64,000 nt of DNA from Aplysia californica (Eukaryota). Numbering within the stretch: position 1 is the first letter of the stretch; each line of letters opens with the position of its first letter. Below the pieces are notes generated by a model. The model was not told the origin of the DNA, searched no databases, and was given only the letters and a program-made list of their open reading frames with translations. Where the stretch lies: contig NW_004797537.1 in assembly GCF_000002075.1 (NCBI RefSeq), positions 40,879-104,878 of the forward strand. Reading direction: 5' to 3'. Below, piece by piece: positions 22,971-35,904 of the stretch. The position numbers and the translations under genes are program-made.

Positions 22971-25904
22971 TATACATGCTCAGAAAAGAAAGAAAAACAA
23001 AAGGTGAGAAAGGTAAAAAGTTTTCTCACCAAGTCTTTATGGCAGGAGCAACAAACAGCAAACATTTTTTTCTCCTTAAAGTATTCAATATAGATTGCGA
23101 CTGCTGAGATACTCATTTTGTACATAACATCTTTGGAATTCCTCTTCTTACACTCGTCATCAATCATTCTCAATGGACATTTCTCTCCCGCTCATAATCA
23201 AGTACAGTCAGTGAGCTCAGGCTCTTGCGCAATTTCAGTACAAAAACAAAAAAAGAACAAGAAAAAATATGTTTATTCACAATGCTTATGATCAAGTTTG
23301 CCTACATATTTTACAGAGACGGATCGAGTACACTGAACAAATCACTTTGCAGTAGGCAATGAAAGAATGAGGAATCAAAAAATGATCAGCCATATATGCA
23401 TTCAGTACTCGCAACTTAACATGAGAAAATGAGAAGGGATGAGGGGCAGGAAGGATGAAAAAAGGAGATGATGGCGCTGAAAATAATTACACACTCTGAT
23501 TTCTAAGGCATATTTACTTGTCTAGAAACTACCAATTAGGACATGAAAGCATATATTTTTATATACAAGATATGTAAAATGGTTCACTCTCAACGTTGAA
23601 ACCTGAGCTCTTCGAGAATTGTTCACCGTTTTTGGGCGAAATGACCGAATGTATAAGAAGGAATACTTTTTTAATGTTAAAAAAAAAAAGAAATTTATTT
23701 GGAATTGACAGAACTTGGTGCAATAAATTTGGCACTGGAAAAACAATACACTATTCCTCTACTGTGTCTAAGTTATGATATGAACGATTAATACAAAAAA
23801 ATGTCCACATACCAAAAAACTAAATAACTAAATAGGGTTGACTACGAACAGACAGGAACTCTTTAATTTTGAAAGTTGGTCTTTTGAACACCAAAACAAT
23901 GCACGATGAAGAGAAAAATACTCTGTACGAAGGCTGAACATAAATGACATCTTGAACACCAAAAATAACAGGTGAAGGACACAAAATACTCTGTGTGTAA
24001 TTCAAACATACTTGCAATGACCATTGTTCTCTCTTGAGTACTGTTTTCATAAAACTGCTGTCATTATGTCTAATAATAATACATTTCACAAAGAGTATTT
24101 TCACTCACTAATTCTTAAGATGACTGTTTACTATTGTAGAGTCTAAAACTAAGTCGCTGTCAAACTGACCGGTTCTTGAACTGTATGTCCAACATGAACT
24201 TTTGCAACTGGTATAACTAGCTCATTTCACTGAGGTTATATGTGTAAAAGAAGATTTGCTGGCTCTGAAATAATTTCAGCAAGTCTTAAGTAGGCTACTG
24301 CATCCTCCATCAGCAGATTGTGGATTTAATCTCAGGTAGAAAAAAGGCTAACAGATGGCTCTAATACACTGGAGCTTGTCGTAGAAAAACAATAATTAAT
24401 ACCCTTTCCACCAGGTGAACTAATAAAATCCTACATCAGCTAAAGTTGATATATGCTCTGCTTTCATGAGTCTTCGTAGGTCTTATATTAATTTTGTCAG
24501 CAGCATGTATACAGCAGTCTAAGGCAAGCAAATCTTCTCTACAGTGAAAGAGTAAAGGGCGTAATATGCTGTGACCAACTCTTGAGGGCCCAACATAAAT
24601 CAATTCTACTGGGGTCAGATTCTTGACCGTGGCAATGTGATGATACACACTGAAGTGCTGCGATGCATTCTATTTACCCAAGAATGAAAAGCCCACTTTT
24701 AGACAATAGTACATTTAATTAAGCTGCCTAGCTTTGCATCGAGGGACAACAAGTCATATGGAGAACAACATCATCACATAGAAAGTTTAAAAAATTAAAC
24801 CTGGTCAGTGGCAATCATTCACTCAATCATCCATATTCCATGCTAGTATAATCATCGTTAATTCTTTGACAGGGTTAAACCGGATTAATCATCTCTAAAT
24901 AAAAGTCTATCATCAGGGAGTTTGCATTTCATTTCTTACTACTATAAAAAAAAAAAATTAATCCAAGTTTTACTCTTCAGCTCAGCTAACTGAAATCTCA
25001 GGAGCATAAAAATATTCAATAAATCTGACTTCAAAAGTTTGTTATATTATGCCACGGGCAAATATGGCAGAAGTTGTAATATTAAATATGTTAATTTATA
25101 TATACTCCTTGTTGTAAAAAAAATGGTTTCAGCTGTAGTTATGATATCAATTCTTGGGACATTGCCGAATGCCTAAGGTGACAGCCTTGGAGAGAAGGCT
25201 TGCATTCAAACATTGGAGTAGCGAAAAATTCAACTATATCATGGAACAGTGGCACATAGAATTTCAACATTTCATCATAAAGAAAGAGAAAGATATTCTA
25301 TGGAATGCAATGAGTAGAGGATACAATAAACCTTGGCAGTATGTACTTTGGTCTGGATCAATAGAGTAGAACATACTGATACAAACGCCGTGAATCTTCA
25401 AACAATTTTCCTTGAATATACTACAGCAACATACTACCACGGTACAAAAGTGAAAACAAGTTCAGATCTAGAGAAAAAAAGTCATGCCACAATTTTATGG
25501 AAGTCCCCTGTCACACTCTCTGTAAAACCGAAAAAGGTTAGGAACGATTTCCAGATGCAAGTGTAGTAACTGTAGTGAAACAGCAAGTGAAACCTCCAGT
25601 AACAGAGTTATGGTACAAAACAAATGGTGAAGGGCACTTAGAATTACAGTAGACCACAATCTGCCAAAGGCAGAAAGGATGGAACAATGGAATGTTTTAG
25701 CGACATCACAAAGACATTACAACAGGATGATGCAGTTTTACGATGGAATGAGAGACAAGAAAGAAAAAAGAATAGAATATTCCAGATTGAGCATTGAGTC
25801 AGAATAGTGAAAGGATAGACTAAAATGATAAGACTTCTAAGAACTGGTGGTTGTAGAAAGGATAGAATGCTTTGAGAAATGCAACAAACAAATGAAAGGA
25901 GGGA

Positions 25905-26095
25905 CTACCTAGCTCGAAGTAACAACCTCTGAACAATAAAGACAGATAACAGGAACAAAGCAATGCTGGCTCCAGCTTGTGCGATATTCGCTGCGTTGAA
26001 GTAGGGGCAGTACGGGCACTGGTAGGAGCCGCACACAAAACAAATATTCATCAGAAACAGATTCCGCGTCGTGTACATTGTAGTGTTGTGCATGC
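25905..26095 (-). CDS. Mcr: MCR exon 36 (terminal; Cys cluster, hydrophobic anchor, stop)
   Basis: GMHNTTMYTTRNLFLMNICFVCGSYQCPYCPYFNAANIAQAGASIALFLLSVFIVQRLLLRAR*. Confidence 0.93.
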
Positions 26096-29000
26096 CTGAA
26101 ATTGAAAGGAAGTCAAAATGGGGTCAACAGCTATTGCCAGACAAAGTAAAGATATGATGGTCTTCTATACATTGTAGTGTTGTGCATGCCTGAAATTGAA
26201 AGGAAGTTAAAATGGGGTCAACAGCTATTGTCAAACAAAGTAAAGATATGATGGTCTTCTAAAGGAAAAAAAAACTTTAATTCACTTCATTCTCATCCTC
26301 AGTGATAAATAGTAACAAAGTAGCGTTTAGCATGTCAGCATATTAATTTACATAATTACCTTCACAGTAAAATCACTGTACGGTACTACAGAGCTGTTTA
26401 AAAAAAAAAAAGAAATTGAAGGAGACCCTGCAGTGGGAGGTAGGCCTATCAAGGGAGACGAGAAAGGGGAAATGGAGAACCTGTACTGTTGTTGTCAGTG
26501 GCGTATAGAGCCCGACTAGATCAAAAGAGACATTTAAAAGGTTGAGCACAAGTTAACCTATCAAGTGACAGCACTGAGAGAATATGTGGCAGGAAAGAGA
26601 AGAAAACAAAAGTGGACCCCTTTTAATATGTCAAGCATAAGTGTATGGTAGGCCATGTAACCCAGCACAACATAGCTATCTATGGGAAGGGGTGTGGGGA
26701 AACAGTCAATCAAAAGTTGCAGATAAGGCATTGAGCTATTTTGCCAATAAGCCTTCAAAAGGCAGACAGATTCTTATAATTTGGACAGTGCGCAATGGAA
26801 GTTTCAAAATGTTTACTATAAGAAAATACTTATTTGAACGCAACTAAAACCGTGTCAATGAAACGGTTCAGAGCTGAAATTTTTGGGTAACACATCGAAA
26901 GACCAAGTCAACTGAAAATATTAACAAAAATGTCATATTCATCAAGAAAAAATAAAAAACAGAAAAAAACAAGAGCTAAGGTTTACCTGGTTCATAGTAG
27001 TCATACACTCTCACTCTGTGCTGTATGGTAGCATTGGCAACAGGATACCATCTGTCCGCTCGGAAGTACACACAAGTCTTACTTTCATCCAACTGGGGAA
27101 GACAAAAGTTTGCTTACTAACTTGTTCACCTTAGACCCTTGAGCAATTAATGAATGAAACAACAGCAAAAGGTCTCATATCCTCCATAAAACTAATAATC
27201 TAAAGTAAATTTGTGAGGCAGCGTGGTGGAATCAGGCTCTCGTCAAAATAATCAAAGTGAAGAAACTGCATTTTTCTGCTGGTTTGTGAATGTTTATCAA
27301 ATTTTTGTTTTTTGGCTCAACACCTTTCATACCCATGAAAGAACTCATTTATGTGTGGATTTTCTGAAAAACCGTGATTAAAGGTACAAAAAATGTAAAT
27401 TTTTAGTTACCATGCACTCTTTAGCTAAGGAAATAACTAATCTTTGGCGGCCATTTTCTCACTAATTTTACCTCTGAAAATAGGTGAACCCCACCTCCTT
27501 CTTTCGCAAATATCCCAACTTGTATTCAAGATATATGGATATTTTTTTCATCCATTTAAAGACAAGTAAACAAGCTTTAAGATGATACCAATAACTCTAC
27601 ATGCCCAAAAATTGACGAGAGCCTGATTCCACCACGCTGCCTCACATTCTGTTGTTGTTATGAATGTCTTAAGCCTCTATTGATCCAATTTCTACCATGC
27701 AGAGACTGGCTGCTTCCACCCTGTCAGTCAGGGCTAACCCAGGCTGTGCAGAACACAAGCTAACAGAAAGATGAAGATACTCAATAAAACATTGGTACCT
27801 CTGGTGAATCAAATTCACATTTGCACGCAATGCGAAAAGCCTATACCACAGATTCCTATCTACAATACCTAAAGATACTAATTATTTTCATTAAAATAGT
27901 AGAACAATAACTTCAACCTCCCAGAACCTAGTGATAAATCGTAATAAATAAGTAGATCTAATCAGACTTCTTACACAACATTATATATAAGAAATGTGAA
28001 AATAATACAGCTAATTTCCATTTGCAAAATCCTACACCAGATCGCGACCTCAGTGCTTTCTTGTCCTATCTCCATTTTTAATAACAGTGAAAACGGTTCA
28101 TAACAAAGATTGAGCTTAAGAAGTCACATTGTCACTGCTTTAAAAAATGGAGATACGACAAGAAAGCACTGAGGTCGTGACATGTTTTTAAAAAAAGCAT
28201 ACTCACGTAGTCAAAATAGAAGACAACCTTCCGCCCATAAAACTCCGCTCTCCTCAGATTGGGCACCAGTCCAGACTGGACGTAGTCTCGCAGAGTGTCG
28301 TTCATCACAATATAACCTGTAGGGATGTCCACCTCCAGCACTGCAAGGCCAGAGGTCAAGCTCTTCTCGGTAAATAGCCAGCTGAGGAGATACATTGGAG
28401 GAAAAAAACCGAGTTACAGCAACAGCGAAACATGTCTACATGCAAGACTTGAAGAACGCAAGATGGCACAAAAAAGCACAGAATGTTTCTCCTTTCCCTG
28501 CCCCAAACACAACTCACATTTTCCGGCTGACAAAGGCCAAATCAGAAACATGTACCATCATCAAAAAATGATCAGTGATATTCAACAGACACTTACAAAA
28601 TAGCAGAACTGAAACCACAATAATCCAAGTATACCTGATTGCAGAAGATAAGATAAGATAAGATAAGATACATCTTTATTGTCCAGATCCTGGCACATTG
28701 GTTTGGTGTTCAACCACGTGTACACACATACACACGCACACACACACACACACGTACACACACATGCACACACAAGTAGGCTTACAACCACATGCATAAT
28801 ATAAATGAGCAGCAATATAAACAATAATAATCGTAAGCTAGATACACCCTCAAGATAGGCCTACTTTCTAAAAAGCAGGCAGCAGCTTATTAAAAGGGCT
28901 GGAACGACGGTACATCTGTTGCGATACTGATCAGGAAATCGAAATAGGTGGAAAAGTAAAGGAAATGCAGTTTTACTTGAGTTGTTGGTAGGTTTCCAAA

Positions 29001-32000
29001 TCCCAACGCACCTGACACAGTTAGTCATCTCCATGATAGAGTCATTCCTTCCACTGAAGTACTGCTCCTCCACGATGAGATCAAAGAACTTGATGGGATC
29101 CTTGAAGGGGTCATTGTCCACACGCTGCGGCAGTTTCAGCAGGAAGGGGTACTCCACATTAAAGGTGGTTGTCAACTGTTTCAGAGAACAGAGGAACAAA
29201 ACACAAATAGTCAATGAGTGAAATAAAGAAAAATGAAATCGTCTTCATCTAGATCTATTGGCATACAGACATAGTGAAAAGTTGGAACAAATATAGAACC
29301 TGAACAAATCGCTGCCACTTGCTTTTGAATAAACACAAATAATATTATTCAAAGGACAAGGGTGGAGAAGAAAAAAGGATGAGGAACCATTTCATACTAG
29401 CTCTTGTTCTTACCTTCTTGTAACAATCAAGGATACGACATTTAATGACTACAAAATTCATTTACTATAAAACCATTATCTTTACTTTACTTTTCCGATC
29501 CAGCGGCCATTTGGGTTCTAGCCCTTCGGTCTGTCGATATGGCAAAGAATTGACAGGTTTTAATCAGCTGTGCTTTGTTGCTGTATAGAGTGTTTCTGAT
29601 GTCTGGGGAGGCAGGTAGGTAGGTGCTACGCAGGTCACAAAGTGCTGGGCAGTTAAAGAGGTGGTGTGGTACTGTTTCATCCTGGCAGTCGCACAACGGG
29701 CAGTCGCACAACGGGCAGTCGGGTGGGGTATCCTTGCGGATCCTATTAAGGTAGGAGTTTAGTGGTATGTGTTGTGTTCGCAGGCGAAATATCATGACTT
29801 GTTCTCTTCTACTCAGGGAATTTATTGCATCTTTAGAGTTGGGGGCAGTCATGTGTGCAAATACAGCTCTTCCAGTTTTGCCCATTGCCCATCCATTGAG
29901 CCACTGTTCCCTGGTGTTGCATTTGATGATGTTCTTGGCTGTCTGTTGTGATACTGGGTTGTGTGGTTGTGTTTGTGTTGCTCCCTTCTTGGCAAGGGTG
30001 TCTGCTCTAAAACCATTATCCTAACAGTCAATTAGATTTTGATTTTGTGCCTAGCAGAAAAGGCACAAGAGGCAGACAGAAACCTTAGAGAGACAGTGCA
30101 GAAGTATATTGTACAAGTGGCATCCTCCATTCTTCTAGGTGTGTATGAGAGCACTCGCATATATGCACACAGCACTCACAGTGGACATACATCGTTGGCA
30201 AACTGGAAGAGTAGGGGAGTGTGCCTTTTCCAAGTTAGCCAACAATTCCTTAATGAAAGTCCTCTTTTTATGATATAATACAGTGGAATCCTGTTTTAAC
30301 GAGAGGGAGGGGACCGGAGCAAAATGTCCGTTATAGCAAGATTCTCACTATAAGGGATCCAGTAATAAATTCAAGGGAAACTGTAAAGTAGGCCTAATCT
30401 GTGAGTTTGGTGTTCTGATTATTTCCTTTTGCTATCTCCCCTGATGACGATTTTGTTTCAACATGACCTCTAGGTCCTACTTGATCAAAAATCGAATCAG
30501 GTTTATTTCTCTAGCGCTAGATCTAGCAATGTGGACGGACAGCTCGGCGTTGGCGATCAGAAAGGAAGGGCTCTGGGCTAACTCGCCCGCTGTGTTTTCC
30601 CCCACCCCACCACACCCTGTGGTGCATTCCGTCTGCTTGCACACATCACACATTCGCTCCATCCATCACATTGCTGTGACCTCTCCATCCCCGCATCGGA
30701 GAAGTGAGAGGCATGGTAGGCCTTGATAATCTAAACTAGGCTTATGCTGGCATATCACACGATGTGTTCTGCTTGTCTGCGTATGCTACACCCTCCCTAC
30801 TCAGTCGCTCCGGCCTTCATTGTTGACGCACATGGGCTCTCCCATTCTTTGTTTCGCAAGATCACCAACAAGTTTCTCAACTGGCGAGGTTTTCAGTTAT
30901 GTATAATTGGCCTATGCACTGTGCACAGCAGCAGCAATATTTCGCTATAACCGACTCGCATGTTTGTCTGATAGCGCTATAGCAGTATTTTATTTACAAA
31001 GGTAAAGAGGAGAAAAAAACGGGGTTTTAGAATAGTGTCTTTATAACAGACTTCTCGTTGTTTCAGGACTCGTTATAAGTGGACTCCACTGTATTAAGTA
31101 CTGTTACCTGAAACACAGATCTTCCTGTCCCCTGTGACACTGGGACGGTGAAGCCGAACACTTTGTTAGATGGTAGCTGTATGCAGAGAAAAAACACAGG
31201 AACATAAAAGTAAATCTTTTAAAGAATAAAGTACATCCATTTAGTACAGACTGAATCTTGTCAATACTTAACGAGCAAAAAACTCTCACAGAGTTCAAAT
31301 TTAATTGGACCTGCCATGGTGATAGATATCACATAACATTCAAAAAGCAAAACTTTTACCCAATCAGATTAATAGAAGCCAATATCACATTTTGAAATTT
31401 AGAGCAACCAAGAAATGTTCCTATAATTTGCTGGGAGTAAGTGTTCATCTAATTTCTACCATTACAATTCTTTCTGACGTGCCATGAAATTGAAAGAAAG
31501 CTAACATTCATTTCGAGCAGAGAGAGTTGGAAAACCAAACAAAAACAGAGAACACACCCCTAAAAAGAATTTGCACAACCACAGAGGTAAAAAATGCAAA
31601 AATCCCCAACCTGAAAGGAATCAAGTAATAGTGCTACACAACAACAATGCTTACAGAATAAGAATGAGCTTAGGACAATAAATAAAGATCATCTCAAATT
31701 TTTGCATTAATGCAGTGCATGCTTTAAAAAAGGATAAAATCCATACCTTTAACACTAAGACGCTTAATTTTTCAACAATCCTTCAAACAATACATGTATT
31801 TTTTAATGATTTTTTAGTTGTAACACTTTCAATTACAACAATGTAACAACAAAATCTAAAACAGTGTCTTACATTGGCTTTAAACAGTTTGACATAATCC
31901 AGTTTCTTCAGAGTCATGGTCTTTGACCACGACGGAGAGGAAGTGGCCTCCACTGTGGTGACAACGTCAAAGACATTCCGGTGAGCGTCCACTTGAGTGA

Positions 32001-34163
32001 ACATAAACAGCGCCTCCATGGCCAGGATGGTGTCCTGCAATTTAAAAAAGAAATAAATAAAATGTGGTGAACTCTTCAGAAGGGAAACCTTATTTGCATT
32101 CTCCTATAGCTTTCACCCAATAGACGACCCTTCTGAGAATTTTTTGTATGAAAGAGTTTTTAGTATAGCTATAAAATATTCAAATGTGTGGTATGGCAGT
32201 AGAACTTAATGCAACTGAAAAATTGCCTGCATAAGTAAGAATACATAAAGAACACAAGTGTGAACAATTACCCAATGAGAAGTGACACAGAAAAAAACCC
32301 CTCCCCTCTAAAACCAAAAGCAAAAGATACAAACCTAACGTTCCCTCAAGATTTACACCTGAGAAAGTAATATGATTTAGTTTCTTTGCTATTCATAAAC
32401 GGTTTTCACTAACTTGATAAAAGATGAGAAGGTCGAAGTCAACCCGTTTTTCCATAACTTCAAAGGTTGCAAAAAATCTTCAAAACTTTTACAATATAAC
32501 AAATTTAGTAATATTGTGCGATATAAAAAAAAAACTGCCTCCTCTCTCGCTATTTTTTTCCCTTTATAAATACAAACACTTACCTGAGTGGAGGTAAAGC
32601 CTCCAATACTGTTCCTCATGGTATTCAACCAGCTCATCATCATTTCTCTCTCATATTTCTCTGGTTGATTAGTGCTAATGTGAGCCATAAGAGCATAGGC
32701 AGTCGACTGCACAGCATATGCGTCGTTCATCAACTCTTGCCTTGGTAGCAAATAGCGCACATTGTTCAAGAAGTCAGACGGATTTTCATACACAGTGTGA
32801 TCCGCGAAATACACAAAGTCAGCTGAAAGAAGAAGACGCGATGAACAAAAGCATTAGTGTCATGAAAAGACTAATTTGCCTCAATCTTAGAAATGGCAAT
32901 ACCTCATATCTCTTATCATTGCGATTTCATACCTTAAGAGGCAGGATCAATCAACAAATTCTCCTCTCTGACAATTGTTTATGAATAGAGTTGTCATGGA
33001 AGAAGCTATGATAATAAGTATAATCAGGGCCCTCTCTCACATACCAATCCACTTGAGTGTTTCAAAAAGAGTCAAAGAAAATGAAAAGATGTATTTCATT
33101 TATGATATCATAGTGTTCATTGGCCACTCTAGGCAAGCCTGCATCCAGTACCACATGACAAGCCTTAACCTGGAACCCACAAGAGAAGAGGAAAAGACAA
33201 AGGCCAGAGAACACACGACGTTGTGATCTGGATGCATGAGCAGAGAGAAACAAAGATAGCTGGAGATACTTTCCTGAGGCTGTCATGACTGGAGAGAGAT
33301 TTAGTTTAGTTTTAGTACAGGTTTAACGGTCCTCGTAACTGCATAAAGTCATATGAGCGCCAGAAGATTAGAGGTGTTACAAGAGAGTAACAAACATAAA
33401 AAAGAAGAAGGGGAGATAAAGACGATGGATGTTTGATAGGAAAGAAGAAGCAAACCACACCAGAGCACCCGCCTACCACCCACTGGAGAGAGATTGTTGA
33501 TGGCCTGCCCTCCACTGGCTGGACAACCAACAATGTGGACCAATAACATCAATGCATGGATTGGCCTAAGTATGACAGAGCATACAGCGAAAGCTAGTGA
33601 CCGTAAGCATTAGTGGGACATAGAACGTCAACCTCCCAGACAGAGATGACACCTCTAGACTCCACAAGATGCCAAAGACAAAAGAAAAAACAAACAAAAC
33701 AAAAGAAAAAAAACTCCCTTAGCACTCATACTTCAACAGACAAACAAATGCAGAGCATTGTGGGTGGTTGGCGGGTGCCCTAGTGTGGTCTGCTCCTCCT
33801 TTCCTGTCAAACATCTATCGTCCTTATCTCCCCTTCTTCTTTTTTATGTTTGTTACTCTCTTGTAACACCTCTAATCTTTTGGCGCTCATATGACCTTAT
33901 GCAGTTGCGAGCACCGTAAAACCTCTACTAAAACAAACAAACAAACAGAATACTTACAGTCATTCCTCTTGAGTTTCCACAAATCAAAGAAAGGCTGCCG
34001 ATTTTGGCTCAGACTAAGGGCGTATGTTGCTATGGCTTTGTGGAAAACTTCTTTAATGTCATTGAAATTGGATGACAAGTAGCTCACAGCTCTCCTCCGC
34101 GCTGAGTCAACACAAGCTGCTGCATCCTGCAATCAACACAAGAGTTGGAGAAGTGATTTTGAT

Positions 34164-34242
<79 letters not shown>

Positions 34243-35873
34243 AATTCCCAACTAATACTAATACATTCTAAGCTAATACCACGAGTAACACTGATGAGAC
34301 ACTATAGAATCATAAAACAATTTTTTACACTGTCCATTCACATAAAAACCTTGACTAAAAGTCTAAAAGTTAAGGTACTTTTGTATTAATCTTACAAAAG
34401 TGCAAGGACCAGGCATAACATTCAAGCTGCAGTCTACACAAAAATAAGGTCATGAAAAAATGCAATTATTGTATACCTGAACAACTTAACTGTAAAGCTT
34501 GTTTTCCTACAAATGGACAGTGAAGTTTATTTTAAAGTGAAAGGAAGAGCCACATTGCAACTGAAGCCTTGCAAGTCTACAACATGACAATAAATTCCAT
34601 GACATGAATTCAGACAGAGCACCAATGGGATAACTTGGCAACCAGAGAAAGCAATCATGTCATATGATACAATGAAAATGATACAAACCTCTGAAACCTC
34701 CGTTTCGAACAAAGCGATGAGGATATAAGACGTAAGCGGTATTGGGTGAGACCGCAGTTTGTCGTTCTTTATGTAAGACGCAGACGCCTGAGAACAATAA
34801 AGAGGACAGATCAATGCAATTATAATTTGACTTAAATTTACTTCCTCTCTTCTAGAATTGCTCTTGGATTATTCTTCATTCATGGCATTATTAAAAAACC
34901 CAAAATAACAGCAACAAAAAACATGGCTCCTTTCTCGATACCCTAAGTAAATTGGGTCTTTTTTTAACAGTTATTGCCCCCTCAACACAAACATAATAAT
35001 CAATGATATTTCATTCTCATCACTAACACAAAATCTCACCATTTTTCGATCATATGTGACATCATTCTCCTCTGGGTCAAATGCTCCAGTTTCATTTTGC
35101 CTTGAACAGATGTAGATAAGTATTTTGTTGATCAACTCTCGAGGAATGAACAAATCTCGTTCCCATTCTCCGTAGTTGGCATTGTAGAGAGTCTTTACCA
35201 CAAAGGCTGTCAACCTGCAAGATAAAATGGCATGACTATAAATGTCTTAAAAAAAGGACAAGTTTCAGTGTAAAACACATCATCACAATAACAAGCACAT
35301 TCTGGAAAAAATTTGTGTGGCATCATTGTGAAATCAGGCACTCGTCAAATAAGGAAATCGAAGGAACCAGCAATGTCTTTTGCTTCGATGTCATCTCCAG
35401 CTCATCGCCAGTGATTATGTTACTTTGAGACACAATCTGTAAATGAAAAGGTAATTTTCTAGTCAGGAATTTTCGGCTTACAGCTCATATTTCACAATAC
35501 TGGCCCTGCAATGATAAAGAAAAGTTAGATGTTTTGGAAGTCACCAAACTTTGGTTGCCATTTTCTCACCATTTCTACCGCTAAAAACAGGCGACCCCTC
35601 TTCCTTTAATCCCAAATATCTAAACTACTATTCAAGATAGATGGGTATTTTTCCATCAAAAGCAAGACAAATGAACGAGCTTTTAGATTATATCTGCATC
35701 TCCATATGCCCCCAAACTGACAAGCACCTGATGCCACCAAGTTGTGACCCATTTGTCTGTGCCCAAAAATGGAAGCACCCAAACGCAATTCAGGGATATT
35801 TTGCTTAGCGTAGAGAGATACATCTTTATTGTCCAGATCCTGGCACATTGGTTTGGTATTCCACCACGAGTAC

Positions 35874-35904
<31 letters not shown>

